A stretch of DNA of 36,287 nt from a virus, in the IMG/VR virus record IMGVR_UViG_3300008112_000002, positions 1 to 36,287 of that record, one strand, 5' to 3'. The first letter of the stretch is position 1, and every line of letters begins with the position of its first letter. Below, piece after piece: positions 22,289-32,126 of the stretch. The notes beneath the pieces were generated by a model, which was not told where the DNA came from, ran no database searches, and saw nothing but the letters and a program-made list of their open reading frames with translations. The translations under genes and the position numbers were made by a program.

Positions 22289-23619
22289 TTGTATACCCAT
22301 CCACCATTTCTAAACACCATCGGTCGCCCTGATTTTGACACACCCTCTGCACCTTCACTTCCTGTTTTTGGTGCAAGCGGAACTGCTGGAGTTGCTGGCG
22401 GTATTTCTTCCGCTGTATAAAATATATTTGATGTATTTAACCCATAACCTTTTGCTATACGTTCAATTCCTTTTCTGACTTGTCCTTCTTGTTGTTGTGC
22501 TGTGCTATAAAGTTTATTTGCTTGTCCTTTGAATGATTTTCTTTGTGATTCTGAAAGTCTTTCGCCGCTCTTAACACGGTTATATAAATTACGCACTCGA
22601 TCATCTACGCCAGCCGCATTTTGTGCGGTTGCAAATTCACCCTCACGAACAACAGAGCCAGGGTCTAGCATTTTCATGTAACCGAATATCAAAGACAAAT
22701 CACCAACAGCACTATCCTCAGATGCCAATATGCGTGAATATGCAGATTTAACTTCTTGATAGCCTTTTGTTTGATCGCTGTATTCTTTTCTAAATTTTGT
22801 TTCTGCCTCAGGGCGTTTATCGGCAGGAATAATTCCTGATGATATTTGATCTGCCTCAGCTTGCGCGCGTGCCGCAGTCGCACCTGACGCTTTTGCCGCA
22901 GCATCTTGCGCTCGTCGCGCCGCTTTTGCTTGTTCTATTTGAGCTTCAGTTAATCCAATTTCTAATCCAAATTTATCCGGGGCATATTTTGCCTCTGCTT
23001 CTTTTGTGATTGCTTCAGCAGTCAATTTCCTAAGTTGAATAGGTGCTTCTTCGGCTTTTTGTTTTGTTTCTTGCGCTTTTGCGATATTGTCTAACGCTTC
23101 TTTAGCACCTGGTATAGGCGCAAGTAATAACGTGCCTACCTTGATAGCATCAGCCGGATTTTCACGCGTACGCGCTGCCAGTTGTTTGTAAAACTGTGCA
23201 TTCTGTGGATTCTGTTCAGCCTCAGCGCGTTGTTCTAATAGCTCCGCTGCATATTCCGGTTTTCTTTCCAGCGCAGACATGACCTGCAAGCCAAAATTCA
23301 GACTGGCTTTGTTTTCAGACTCTGATATTTGCTTGACGTATGGTTCAAATGCTGCCTGTTGGTCTTTAGACAAAAAGCTCAGGAATGTGGAAGCATCCCG
23401 AATGGTAGGGTTGGGGTTAGTAAAAAAAGCCGTTCGTGCTTGATTGAATCGCTCTGCTTGTAACCTTTGCTGTTCTAGTTGCTGTTGTTGTTGTTGCGCC
23501 AATAGCTCGCGTTGTTGACGTGCTGCCTGTAATTCAGCAAGCGAAGCGCCAAACTTTACACCCTGCAAAGCAGACTCGAACGGGTCTTGTACCATGCTCC
23601 TGTAGTCATACGGTTGCAT
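22285..23619 (-). CDS. Internal virion / ejection protein (gp20 position)
   Basis: 444 aa, Gln/Ala-rich coiled coil (QQQQQQLEQQRLQAE). Confidence 0.55.
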   Translation of the reverse strand: MQPYDYRSMVQDPFESALQGVKFGASLAELQAARQQRELLAQQQQQQLEQQRLQAERFNQARTAFFTNPNPTIRDASTFLSFLSKDQQAAFEPYVKQISESENKASLNFGLQVMSALERKPEYAAELLEQRAEAEQNPQNAQFYKQLAARTRENPADAIKVGTLLLAPIPGAKEALDNIAKAQETKQKAEEAPIQLRKLTAEAITKEAEAKYAPDKFGLEIGLTEAQIEQAKAARRAQDAAAKASGATAARAQAEADQISSGIIPADKRPEAETKFRKEYSDQTKGYQEVKSAYSRILASEDSAVGDLSLIFGYMKMLDPGSVVREGEFATAQNAAGVDDRVRNLYNRVKSGERLSESQRKSFKGQANKLYSTAQQQEGQVRKGIERIAKGYGLNTSNIFYTAEEIPPATPAVPLAPKTGSEGAEGVSKSGRPMVFRNGGWVYK

Positions 23620-24306
23620 TTATAGACCTCCCCATCCGCCAGCCTCTGGAGCTGTCCAGTCAAACGTCGAAGGCGCGGGTTTGCTAAATGATTCAAACGG
23701 CGATTTTCCAGTCATACCATAGTAAGCACCGAATCCTTTACCAATCGTAGCGAATGGATTCGGCTGCGCCAAGGCTCCTCCTGCTAATGCCGCTCCTTGT
23801 TGCGCTAATAGGTTAGATACTTGAGTACCCATTGCCTGCCCAGCAGTACCTACTCCTACCGCTGATTGTTGGCCAAGTGAAGTAAGGCCGCCTAACCGTG
23901 CATATTGCCGATTTATTTCGTCCTGAAGCATGGCCGGCCTAAATTGAGCAAGTGCGCCTTGTATATTCCCGCCACGTAAACCGCCAGTCGCAGACGCTCT
24001 CTGTAGCATGGCTTCTTCGCCTTGCCTTACTTGAGCCTGGTATAGTGGTGAAGTTTCTAGTGCGGATATAGCGCGCTGTTGCGCATCAGAACCACCAAGG
24101 CCAAGCAAGGCTTGCTGTTGTTGTAAGGCAGGAGCGCCTGCCTCAACGTAAGGCTTTAGAAGTTCGCGGATAAAGTCAAATTGACGGCGCTGTTCGGCTA
24201 TTCCTTGTTGAGATGCGCCAGCCTGTATATTTGCCGCATCCTCAGCCGAATCACCACCAATTAATTCGCTACCTATTCCTACAATTGCGCTTACCGGGTC
24301 AGGCAT
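23620..24306 (-). CDS. Internal virion / ejection protein (gp7 position)
   Basis: 228 aa, Gly/Ala/Gln-rich and low in complexity. Confidence 0.5.
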   Translation of the reverse strand: MPDPVSAIVGIGSELIGGDSAEDAANIQAGASQQGIAEQRRQFDFIRELLKPYVEAGAPALQQQQALLGLGGSDAQQRAISALETSPLYQAQVRQGEEAMLQRASATGGLRGGNIQGALAQFRPAMLQDEINRQYARLGGLTSLGQQSAVGVGTAGQAMGTQVSNLLAQQGAALAGGALAQPNPFATIGKGFGAYYGMTGKSPFESFSKPAPSTFDWTAPEAGGWGGL

Positions 24307-24817
24307 GGCTAAACTCCTTCAAATAATCTTCTAATTTTTCGCCATACATATTCATGACGTAATACGACAGGGTTTTGGCTTTTTCATGCCCATGGCAAAG
24401 CGTTACTACCATCATCACGACATCATAAAAACCTGCACGCCAAATAAACGAACGCGCATCAGCTTCGTTTTCTCTTTCGACATAATCTGAGGCTTGCCAT
24501 TTCATGATGAGATTAGCCACCAAAGGCAATAACGATGAGGAATTGGCCTGAAAAAATGGATTAGAAAACATTCCTACCAGTGAATACCAGATTGCGTTGT
24601 CTAGATCTTGACGTTCAATCTGATCGCCATCCGCAACGTCATCCCAAACCTGAGTTACGTGCCAAAGCATACACAGCCAGTCAATGGCTGATTCTGGTAA
24701 TAGTAGGTTTTTGAAATGTTGCTTGAGTATGCGCATATTATCCCCCGCGCTGCCGGTTGCGCATAACTCAGCGCTCACATTTTCGCAAGGTTTTACGCTT
24801 TCGTCAATCTTCATCAT
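24299..24817 (-). CDS. Hypothetical helical protein in the tail/ejection module
   Basis: 172 aa. It contains WDDVADGD. No family recognised. Confidence 0.6.
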   Translation of the reverse strand: MMKIDESVKPCENVSAELCATGSAGDNMRILKQHFKNLLLPESAIDWLCMLWHVTQVWDDVADGDQIERQDLDNAIWYSLVGMFSNPFFQANSSSLLPLVANLIMKWQASDYVERENEADARSFIWRAGFYDVVMMVVTLCHGHEKAKTLSYYVMNMYGEKLEDYLKEFSHA

Positions 24818-25190
24818 CTTCCCGCTCTTCCCACGCTTGGCATGATCTCAAGTCGTGGCAAATAAACTCGAACTTCTCGCAATAGCCTCTGAACCCTGCA
24901 TTCACATCCCATTTATTTTGGGGTATGCGCTCCATCTTGACTTGGGTTATGGTGCTGTTGTCGTAATACTCGCAATTCGAGCATCGACGGCGACGCGCTT
25001 CTTTTTCGTCCACTTGCATGGCTTTTGCCAAACCAGACCAAAAGGATTTATTTGCTGTCGGGTCAATGCTTGGTTTTTCAGGTCCGAGCATCCAGTCGTC
25101 AATCACAATCTGAGTATTCTTTTTGTTTTCCGATGCGGTAATAAATTCCTCAGATTCAGGAAGTCCGCCCATTATGTTGAATTTAATCAT
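24804..25190 (-). CDS. Cys-cluster (HiPIP-like) protein in the tail/ejection module
   Basis: Start MIKFNIMGG with SD GAGGAAG. The C-terminal half reads CSNCEYY-x27-GYCEKFEFICHDLRSCQAWEE, followed by an acidic tail. Confidence 0.6.
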   Translation of the reverse strand: MIKFNIMGGLPESEEFITASENKKNTQIVIDDWMLGPEKPSIDPTANKSFWSGLAKAMQVDEKEARRRRCSNCEYYDNSTITQVKMERIPQNKWDVNAGFRGYCEKFEFICHDLRSCQAWEEREDDED

Positions 25191-25197
25191 AGCTTCC

Positions 25198-25533
25198 TCA
25201 CGTGATTTCACGACCGCTTATACGAAGCGTCAGTGATGTTGCGTTGCTGGCGATAGTGCTTATAAATGCACTAGGGTCTAATGCTTGGCCAACTAGCTCA
25301 GGACATAGATAGGTTTCATCTGGTACTAAAGTCCGATTATCAATAATCAAATTGCTATTACTAGCACTACCGCCTGACTGCACCAGATTAACTGAAAACG
25401 TGCGATTAACGGTGTCCGTATTGGTTACTGTGGCTTTATCAATAATTGCTCGACAAGTCACCGCCGTATATTGAGTCGTTTGCGTCGCTTCCATTTGCTT
25501 AGGCGCGACTAATGTTTTCACTAAGACTGCCAT
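25198..25533 (-). CDS. Small beta-rich virion-module protein
   Basis: 111 aa, Thr/Ser/Asn/Val-rich. Similar in size and composition to 29224..29526. Confidence 0.6.
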   Translation of the reverse strand: MAVLVKTLVAPKQMEATQTTQYTAVTCRAIIDKATVTNTDTVNRTFSVNLVQSGGSASNSNLIIDNRTLVPDETYLCPELVGQALDPSAFISTIASNATSLTLRISGREIT

Positions 25534-26301
25534 TTAATCCCCCACTTTTGAAACCGTTAATATCACTGAAGGTATGGCAGGAACAACTGCTCCAGCCGCC
25601 TGAGCGGTAATCTGCACGGCTGTATCAGAAGCCGACCACATCAATTCTGAATAATCATTGGCTTTCAACTTATAGAAAAAATTCCACGCAGCAACCAGCT
25701 CCCCATCAGTGCTTTTTAGCCGTATTTGTGACGCGCTTTGAGCGACATTAACACCGTTGACTCTAAGCCAAATAAATGCAAGATGATTACCACCGTGTGT
25801 ATTGTCAAATTGCGCTGAAAATTGTATGTTGTAAATTCCCTCAGTATCTACAATTACGCGCGAATTAGGTGAGCCAATATAAACACCAGACGATAAATCA
25901 GTCGTATTAAACGTCATCGCATAAGCGGTATTGATCAGAGCCGCTGTTTGTGTCGTGGTATCGTAAAAAGAACCATATCTGATGCGTTTATCAGGAACCG
26001 CGACAGGTTCCATGCTTAGGCCATCAACTTTAGTAGAAAGGTCACTAATCAAAGACAGAACCTGATTAGTTTTTGATTCCAACAATCCCAAACTTAGGTT
26101 TGTTTCTTCTTCAAATTTTGCGATTGTTGCAATAGCTTGCTGTGCTGTATTTAATGCAGAATCTGAGCCTAGATCTAAATTAGAAGTACTACCACCCGGC
26201 GCAATTTCTTCAACTGTATTAAACAATTGTTCGAACTGCTTAATCTGCTCTGGGTCTTTAAGAAAACTAGCCAGCTGATTACGGGTGAGTTTCAGATTCA
26301 T
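25534..26301 (-). CDS. Putative tail needle (gp26 position): coiled-coil shaft plus C-terminal C1q/TNF-like knob
   Basis: 255 aa. The N-terminal approximately 100 aa are heptad-like. The C-terminal approximately 140 aa alternate beta-strands (GIYNIQFSAQFDN, LAFIWLRVNG, AAWNFFYKLKANDY). It lies directly after the gp10-like gene. Confidence 0.5.
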   Translation of the reverse strand: MNLKLTRNQLASFLKDPEQIKQFEQLFNTVEEIAPGGSTSNLDLGSDSALNTAQQAIATIAKFEEETNLSLGLLESKTNQVLSLISDLSTKVDGLSMEPVAVPDKRIRYGSFYDTTTQTAALINTAYAMTFNTTDLSSGVYIGSPNSRVIVDTEGIYNIQFSAQFDNTHGGNHLAFIWLRVNGVNVAQSASQIRLKSTDGELVAAWNFFYKLKANDYSELMWSASDTAVQITAQAAGAVVPAIPSVILTVSKVGD

Positions 26302-26302
26302 A

Positions 26303-27694
26303 TCAATACGCCAGCGGGGTGAGTTGCGCTTCTAATCGAAGAAAAGATAAATGCGCGTCAGAATCACCTCTAAATCTTTGAACACGCCAATTTCTCATAT
26401 GTCCTTGCTGAAACCAACACAGTCTCTTATTTGTTCCAGTAGTTCCACAGTTTATAAATTTATCTTGGCTCCATGACTTGCCGTCTATAGAATAACTCGT
26501 GCTGATCTGTGGATTAGTGCCTAGCGCCACACTGCCAGTCAAAGCAATTAACTCTAACTGGTGAAATATACCGCCCCGGCTTTCGTTGTACATTATCGTC
26601 GTGCCAAATTCCCAGCGCACCTTTTGCCCCCAATTTGTCCCCACGTTATCCACAAGATAACCAACAGACGATGACTGAGGATCACCGACTAACCACTTAT
26701 CGTATGCCCACACAAAATTTCTCGCGCGATACTGGCTAAATCCTGAAAGACTACTTGTCAGGGTAAACCAAACCTGCCCTAATTCAGCGGCTGCCGCGTC
26801 ATAAACAACGGTTCTATCTGGCAGGTGAACATACAAATACTGATGATTCTTGTCGTTTCTGGTTTCAAGTTTGCACAATGATAGCTGACCTTCCGTATAA
26901 GTCAGCAACAGTTGATCTATTTCCTGAGTGCTAATCTTTTTGGTTTGTCCATTTGCTGCCAAATAAATACCTGGCGCTTCATTGCGTCCGCCACCTAAAA
27001 ACGCCACTGCTTCGATATAAACGCAACAGGTATGAGTGCCAATGGAGCCTTTGGCTATGTGCGCACCTTCTATCCTAGAGAATGGGAAAAACTCACCACC
27101 AACGTTATCAAATACTTCTATGGTGTGACGGTTAAGTGCATATATTTCGTTTCTTAACTCTAGTAATGCTTTTACTGGGTCAGGGTCTAATTCAGACGAG
27201 CCATACTTCAAAGGATTTACTTGTGCTGGGTCGCTGAGTTCCGTTACCACTAAATTAGCGCCGTCCGTGGTCATGAAGTAACCATCAATCCAGCACACAT
27301 CTAAAACTGTGCCCAAGTCTGAGTCAGTCACTTGGCTTAATACTGAGCCATTCCAATAGAAAAGATTTCCACCGGATGCTATAGCTAGTCTGTCAAAACT
27401 ATAATCCATTGAGACCAGTTCACTACCGCCCACATCGCCAAGGGTTGTGACCGTTCCATCACTGTCCACTCTTACTAACTTCGTTCCCATGACGCGATAA
27501 CAAACGCCATTCCACTCTATCCCTCCACGATCTATGCCAGATCCTGTTCCATTGCTTACGATACCTTCAGCAGGTTTTAGAAAGCCAGCGCTTATGCCTG
27601 TTTTTGCAGGAACAGGAATAAGATTGACCGGGTACGATGTGCGTAACTCAGGTGTGTTGTCAGTGTAGATACCGTTTAGAATAGGTATTTGCAT
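26303..27694 (-). CDS. P22 gp10-like tail hub protein
   Basis: 463 aa. The N-terminus ILNGIYTDN...YPVNLIPVP parallels P22 gp10 (MMKGMGKDF...YLPVNMLATP). Size and position after the gp4-like gene agree. Confidence 0.7.
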   Translation of the reverse strand: MQIPILNGIYTDNTPELRTSYPVNLIPVPAKTGISAGFLKPAEGIVSNGTGSGIDRGGIEWNGVCYRVMGTKLVRVDSDGTVTTLGDVGGSELVSMDYSFDRLAIASGGNLFYWNGSVLSQVTDSDLGTVLDVCWIDGYFMTTDGANLVVTELSDPAQVNPLKYGSSELDPDPVKALLELRNEIYALNRHTIEVFDNVGGEFFPFSRIEGAHIAKGSIGTHTCCVYIEAVAFLGGGRNEAPGIYLAANGQTKKISTQEIDQLLLTYTEGQLSLCKLETRNDKNHQYLYVHLPDRTVVYDAAAAELGQVWFTLTSSLSGFSQYRARNFVWAYDKWLVGDPQSSSVGYLVDNVGTNWGQKVRWEFGTTIMYNESRGGIFHQLELIALTGSVALGTNPQISTSYSIDGKSWSQDKFINCGTTGTNKRLCWFQQGHMRNWRVQRFRGDSDAHLSFLRLEAQLTPLAY

Positions 27695-27738
27695 GACTTA
27701 CCATTCAGTCGCGCCAACACGAGCAAGACGAGCATCCT

Positions 27739-28737
27739 TCATGCCGACACTACCTTCATTACAGCAAAACGTATGACAATTGCCTCAGATAATGAACCAG
27801 CAGTGCCGTTGCGCACACTAATCAAGGTTGAACCAGCGCCACATTGCGGATTAAACGTATATGCTCCCGCCGTCCCTCCAGAAATATGGTTCAGTATCAA
27901 AATATCCCCAGCCTCAATAGTTGAGTTTGTCAGAGTGAAAGATACTGTGGTGTTAGCTGCCAATGCAGCGCCGTCCATAGTAATGGAGCCGCATTGCTTG
28001 TTTAAGGTTACAGCCGTGGCCTTACCAGATCCAGCGCCTTGAGTAACTGTCCCACCAGCTCCAGTGTCATAGCCTTGCTTCCCTGTGCCATTGACTAGTT
28101 GGCTTCCAGAAGTGGCCAGACTTGTTCCGGTAGCGACACCCAATACAGGAGTCACTAGAGTGGGCGATGTAGCAAACACCAGCGCGCCACTTCCAGTATC
28201 ACCAGTGACAGCCGTTGCGAGGTTTGCCGATGTCGGATTTGTTAGGAAGTCTTGAATAGCCGCGCTATATGGCGCAGAGTCAGTCGTTAGCGCATACCAA
28301 GAGTTTGTGGCTTGATAAAATCTTAAGCGTACTGCAGCGCCTGCGCGAAGGGTAGTCACAGAACCATTAACAGCCGTTGCGCCATTCAATGAAAAGGAAA
28401 ATGAAGTAATGGCTTGCGTTGTCGTCACCAATACCTCAGTGCCATCAGCCGTTACTGTATTCAGCGGTAAGGTAATCGAACCACTAGCCAAAGTTCCAGC
28501 AGGCTGTAGCAGAATCCATTGTTGTTGAGACACAGGAGACGGCACCGGAATACTGAAGCCAGTAGTTGGCACATACAAATTCACCGCCATCGTTGGGCTG
28601 GCAAAGTTTTGCTGAAAGTAGGCAAGCAACGATGAAACCGGCAAGCGTCTAGCATCGCCATTATTCGGACTATAAACAGGTATTTGATCGCCAGATGATG
28701 CACTGTCTAGCAGGGGAAGTTGATTGATTGCCGCCAT
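27739..28737 (-). CDS. Tail fibre-like protein
   Basis: 332 aa. The N-terminus INQLPLLDSASSGDQIPVYSPNNGDARRLPVSSLL is typical of fibre attachment domains. The rest is Thr/Ser/Gly/Ala-rich. Confidence 0.6.
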   Translation of the reverse strand: MAAINQLPLLDSASSGDQIPVYSPNNGDARRLPVSSLLAYFQQNFASPTMAVNLYVPTTGFSIPVPSPVSQQQWILLQPAGTLASGSITLPLNTVTADGTEVLVTTTQAITSFSFSLNGATAVNGSVTTLRAGAAVRLRFYQATNSWYALTTDSAPYSAAIQDFLTNPTSANLATAVTGDTGSGALVFATSPTLVTPVLGVATGTSLATSGSQLVNGTGKQGYDTGAGGTVTQGAGSGKATAVTLNKQCGSITMDGAALAANTTVSFTLTNSTIEAGDILILNHISGGTAGAYTFNPQCGAGSTLISVRNGTAGSLSEAIVIRFAVMKVVSA

Positions 28738-28744
28738 AATGTCC

Positions 28745-29224
28745 TCAGTATTCTAAATAGCCGTCTTGGCCTGTCTGTATCTTGTCTTCGTGCGCTTCCA
28801 GGAATGGAAAATCAATGCCGCCCCATGTTCTATTTCCAGCGCCGCTAGGCATCATGCCGCTAATCTGTTGTTCAGCAGGCATTACAGCTCGACCTAATAA
28901 CGTTGTGTACCCACTTCGTGCGCTTGCCTTTGTGTCAGAAGATACAATTCGCCCATACCCCGGAGCTATCTTAATTGCTAGATTAGTGATGATCGCTTCA
29001 TTAGCAACATCGGGAACTTGGCTTTCTTCATCCAAGTCGCTAGATTGTGGACTAGATGGTATTGGATAGCCTACTCTAATACCCTTGCCGTTCCAATAGG
29101 CCATCATGGTATCTAAGCGCCTTAATGCTGACTGCAATTGCTCTGGCTGTAAATCAAAAACGTAGTTGGCCATGCCTATTTCACCAAAGGCGGCCTCAAC
29201 AAATTGGCGCTTGGTGTAGCCCAT
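28745..29224 (-). CDS. P22 gp4-like head-to-tail adaptor
   Basis: 159 aa. LQPEQLQSALRRLDTMMAYWNGKGIRVGY and NLAIKIAPGYG are colinear with P22 gp4 ([27 protein letters not shown]...NLACRIAPDYA). Confidence 0.75.
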   Translation of the reverse strand: MGYTKRQFVEAAFGEIGMANYVFDLQPEQLQSALRRLDTMMAYWNGKGIRVGYPIPSSPQSSDLDEESQVPDVANEAIITNLAIKIAPGYGRIVSSDTKASARSGYTTLLGRAVMPAEQQISGMMPSGAGNRTWGGIDFPFLEAHEDKIQTGQDGYLEY

Positions 29225-29526
29225 TAAATACCAGCCTCGCCCGGTTCAATGCGCAAACTAGGAGTTCCAACTGTGGCAATATGAGCCACTGTATCGTGAT
29301 CCATGTTTTTTTGAATCACAATAACTTGGCCTGGTCTCAACATTACATCAGCGGTAGTCGCCGTGCTTGCACCCACAGAAGTCCGAACGTGAATAGTGTT
29401 TGTGCTGTCTAGGTTTTGTAAACGTAAACATTTATTACCAGCGCCAATCGTTACCGTTCCCGAAGTAACCGAAGTCGATACCGTTTGACCAGCGCCATAA
29501 CTTGCCATGAATGGACCGATAATCAT
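29224..29526 (-). CDS. Small beta-rich virion-module protein
   Basis: 100-aa ORF with ATGA and 1-nt couplings to its neighbours. Confidence 0.6.
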   Translation of the reverse strand: MIIGPFMASYGAGQTVSTSVTSGTVTIGAGNKCLRLQNLDSTNTIHVRTSVGASTATTADVMLRPGQVIVIQKNMDHDTVAHIATVGTPSLRIEPGEAGI

Positions 29527-29831
29527 GATTTCCCCTTGATAGCCTCTTCAATTGCAGACATTAGCTTCTTATCTGACCAGCGCCCATCTACTTTGATTCC
29601 TAACTCATCAGCCTTTTGAAGCATTTCATCACGAGTTGGTTGATCGTTAATTAGTGCGTTTGTTTCTTCTTTTAGGCCTTCGTTTAGACCAAGTGCTGTC
29701 AAAAAATCAACGTCCCAGCCGTTTGCTTTTTCGGCTTCATAATCTTCCGGGTCTATTACTTTGCTGTCATAAGTCAGACCAGCTGGGGCAAAATGCGCAC
29801 CGCCTTTTTTGTAAACGATAAAATCGCTCAT
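29523..29831 (-). CDS. Hypothetical protein with C-terminal HeH/Rho-N-like motif
   Basis: 102 aa. [32 protein letters not shown] resembles the HeH motif. Confidence 0.55.
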   Translation of the reverse strand: MSDFIVYKKGGAHFAPAGLTYDSKVIDPEDYEAEKANGWDVDFLTALGLNEGLKEETNALINDQPTRDEMLQKADELGIKVDGRWSDKKLMSAIEEAIKGKS

Positions 29832-29977
29832 TTCATTTTCTTTCCGGCTTTCTTAGCCGCTTTGCGCGCAGTCGATAAAGCAATAGCTACCGCTTGCTTT
29901 TGTGGCTTGCCTGCTTTCATTTCGGCTGTAATGTTCTTGCTGACCGTCTTTTGACTGTAACCTTGCTTGAGTGGCAT
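29828..29977 (-). CDS. Small basic conserved phage protein (49 aa, below cut-off)
   Basis: [62 protein letters not shown] overlap downstream. Confidence 0.65.
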   Translation of the reverse strand: MPLKQGYSQKTVSKNITAEMKAGKPQKQAVAIALSTARKAAKKAGKKMK

Positions 29978-29987
29978 AAATCCTCCT

Positions 29988-30012
29988 AAAAGATGGGAGG
30001 CCGAAGCCTCCC
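29988..30012 (-). terminator. Rho-independent terminator/attenuator after the capsid genes
   Basis: Minus strand reads GGGAGGC-TTCG-GCCTCCC followed by ATCTTTT, directly after the stop of 30018..30632. Confidence 0.7.
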
Positions 30013-30017
30013 ATTTA

Positions 30018-30632
30018 TTACGCGATACGGTACGTCACAAAGGTATCAGCAGCCGTTTTCCGGGTACGGAAGCGAGCCGCGTTACCAGACGCAGCACCAG
30101 TGGCAGCGCCACCAACAATCGTATGACCAGTATTAGCTGTCACGGTCAAAGCGAAAGCCGCCAGTGTTATCAGAGTCCAGTCCACCGAATCGTTTACCAA
30201 AAATTCAGAGGCTAGGTCTAAGTTAGCACCAGTAGGCAGTTGGATGTTGCGTCCTGCCGTCGGAGTTGCTGTAACGATACCAGACAATAAGTCAGCGGCA
30301 GAAAATGCCATTGAACCACCATCAGCAATAACGACTGGCGTTACTTGTTGCTGTACATTAAGACGCCCTTGGGTAACAACAGGGGCAGTGCCAACTTCAT
30401 AATACACAGGCTGACCACCAGTGGATTCAATAACGATGGTCGCGCCAGACGCATAAGCGCCGAATACGGTTTGACCGTTCGTTACCGTACCCAGCAAAGT
30501 GGTCTGGTCGGGATAGTTGGGAAAGCCAAGACGGCGCGAAACTTGCGCTTGGCCTTGGGTATAAACGGCAATGCTCTCGGTCGCCGGAACCGTTACGGTA
30601 ACAATACCGTTTGGAGCTAAGATATTAGACAT
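30018..30632 (-). CDS. Putative capsid decoration/cement protein
   Basis: 204 aa, beta-rich. It lies immediately after the coat gene and before a terminator, with SD GAGAGGA. Confidence 0.45.
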   Translation of the reverse strand: MSNILAPNGIVTVTVPATESIAVYTQGQAQVSRRLGFPNYPDQTTLLGTVTNGQTVFGAYASGATIVIESTGGQPVYYEVGTAPVVTQGRLNVQQQVTPVVIADGGSMAFSAADLLSGIVTATPTAGRNIQLPTGANLDLASEFLVNDSVDWTLITLAAFALTVTANTGHTIVGGAATGAASGNAARFRTRKTAADTFVTYRIA

Positions 30633-30648
30633 GGTTTAATCCTCTCTA

Positions 30649-31923
30649 TTACGTTTGCGAGAACATGATAATGCCGGTCATTTCTGGATGTTTATTGACC
30701 ACGCCATACAAAGTATCGACACGATATTTAGTCTTCATCGTATTGATGTCGTATTGTTTGGTCATCACCAACTCAATGCCTTGATCTGTAGAAGCACGCA
30801 TTACAGCAGCACCAGCATCGGCAGGCACAGCATAACGACCTGGCAGAATTTCCAGAGCATCTTTTTGCCAGAACGGGTTCATATTACCAGCAGCGGTATT
30901 CAAGAAAACGATAGGCGCGGTACTTGCGGTAGCTGATACAACGACGTTTTGATACTGAGCCTCAGCATCGGAGCCGCCTTGGTTAGAGATGATTGGAGGG
31001 CTAACAACCATCTGAGTGCTATTCAGCACGCTAATAACGCGGAAAGTTTTCAGGGTTCCGGTGTTGGCTTTGGTAATGTGATGAGCAGCAAACACGTTGG
31101 CAATAGTAAACGCATCACCAGCCGCCACGTTAGTGGTAGAGGAAATGGTAATGGTCTGGAAACGGTTATCGACGTTTGCAGTTTCGCCAGTGGTTGCTAC
31201 GCTAGTAGCACGGGGCACATAGAAGTTATTTGCTGATGCACGGGTATCAACCGTCAAACCAGCCCCACCCAATTGAGCCGCTTTACGAAGTGCGTAGTCA
31301 AGTTTGAAGGTTTCAAACGAAGCTACACGGCCAACATAAGCGCGACGGTAGGCGGTATCGGTCACTTCATTACCAAACGAACGGGAAGCCTTAGACAAAT
31401 CAGAAGCCATGCCGTTGTAGTCACGGGTTGACAATGCCAGATAACGATCTTCAAACATAATGCCGCGTTCGTTCATTACCGCTTCGATTTCAGCCACATC
31501 ATCAAAACCAGAGGCAGCACCAGTACGCTTAACAAACAAAGTGCCTTGAAGGGCAGCAACGTTCATAATGGCGACGTTAATATCTGATGCAAGTTTCTGT
31601 TTAGCTGCATCGCCCAGACGACCTTCTTGCAAGCTATCACGTAGCTCGGTAGCAGTCATAACCCAAGGAACTGAACGACCGAAGCCAATAGTGGCGGGCA
31701 CACTCAATTGAGTGTAGTCGTCGAAGTTTGCAGTCATGTCAGTGCCAGAATACGAAGTGGCAATGTACGGCTGGGGACGCCAAATAATGTTATTGGTGCG
31801 CTCCATCATGCTTTGATCGGTGTTGTAAATGTTTACATTGCGCGACAACACCAGTGCGTCTTGGAAACCTTCGAGAAGGTTCTCAAACGCTACGCGCTCT
31901 TCTTTCGAGAAACTATTTGCCAT
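30649..31923 (-). CDS. Major capsid protein, P22 coat type
   Basis: 424 aa. The size, the position after the scaffold, and the N-terminus SKEERVAFENLLEGFQDALVLSRNVNIY fit the P22 coat family. Confidence 0.85.
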   Translation of the reverse strand: MANSFSKEERVAFENLLEGFQDALVLSRNVNIYNTDQSMMERTNNIIWRPQPYIATSYSGTDMTANFDDYTQLSVPATIGFGRSVPWVMTATELRDSLQEGRLGDAAKQKLASDINVAIMNVAALQGTLFVKRTGAASGFDDVAEIEAVMNERGIMFEDRYLALSTRDYNGMASDLSKASRSFGNEVTDTAYRRAYVGRVASFETFKLDYALRKAAQLGGAGLTVDTRASANNFYVPRATSVATTGETANVDNRFQTITISSTTNVAAGDAFTIANVFAAHHITKANTGTLKTFRVISVLNSTQMVVSPPIISNQGGSDAEAQYQNVVVSATASTAPIVFLNTAAGNMNPFWQKDALEILPGRYAVPADAGAAVMRASTDQGIELVMTKQYDINTMKTKYRVDTLYGVVNKHPEMTGIIMFSQT

Positions 31924-32038
31924 GATTGGCTCCTAAAAAATGAGTGACTATTGCGGATAATCCGCGCCTGTTTACTCACCAATAGAGCCGGTGGCCGCTA
32001 AACTGTCTGCCATTTATGGCTGGCGATACCTTTTCCTG

Positions 32039-32067
32039 ATTGTAAAACTACGTCAATCTTTTTGCAA
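32039..32067 (-). promoter_or_regulatory. Sigma70-type promoter upstream of the coat gene (TTGCAA-N17-TACAAT)
   Basis: Minus strand reads TTGCAAaaagattgacgtagtttTACAAT. It lies in a 203-nt gap between scaffold and coat. A hairpin GCGCAT..ATGCGC lies at the scaffold stop. Confidence 0.55.
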
Positions 32068-32126
32068 GCCTGTAGTGACAGACTGCTACGCAGACTGACA
32101 CTCAGGCCAAATGGCGCATCACTACG

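Noticed and set aside
24299-24817. DDxxD-type (WDDVADGD) motif suggesting an isoprenoid or terpene synthase
   Set aside because: The protein is only 172 aa, there is no second Asp-rich or NSE/DTE motif, and it sits in a virion module. The match is probably fortuitous.
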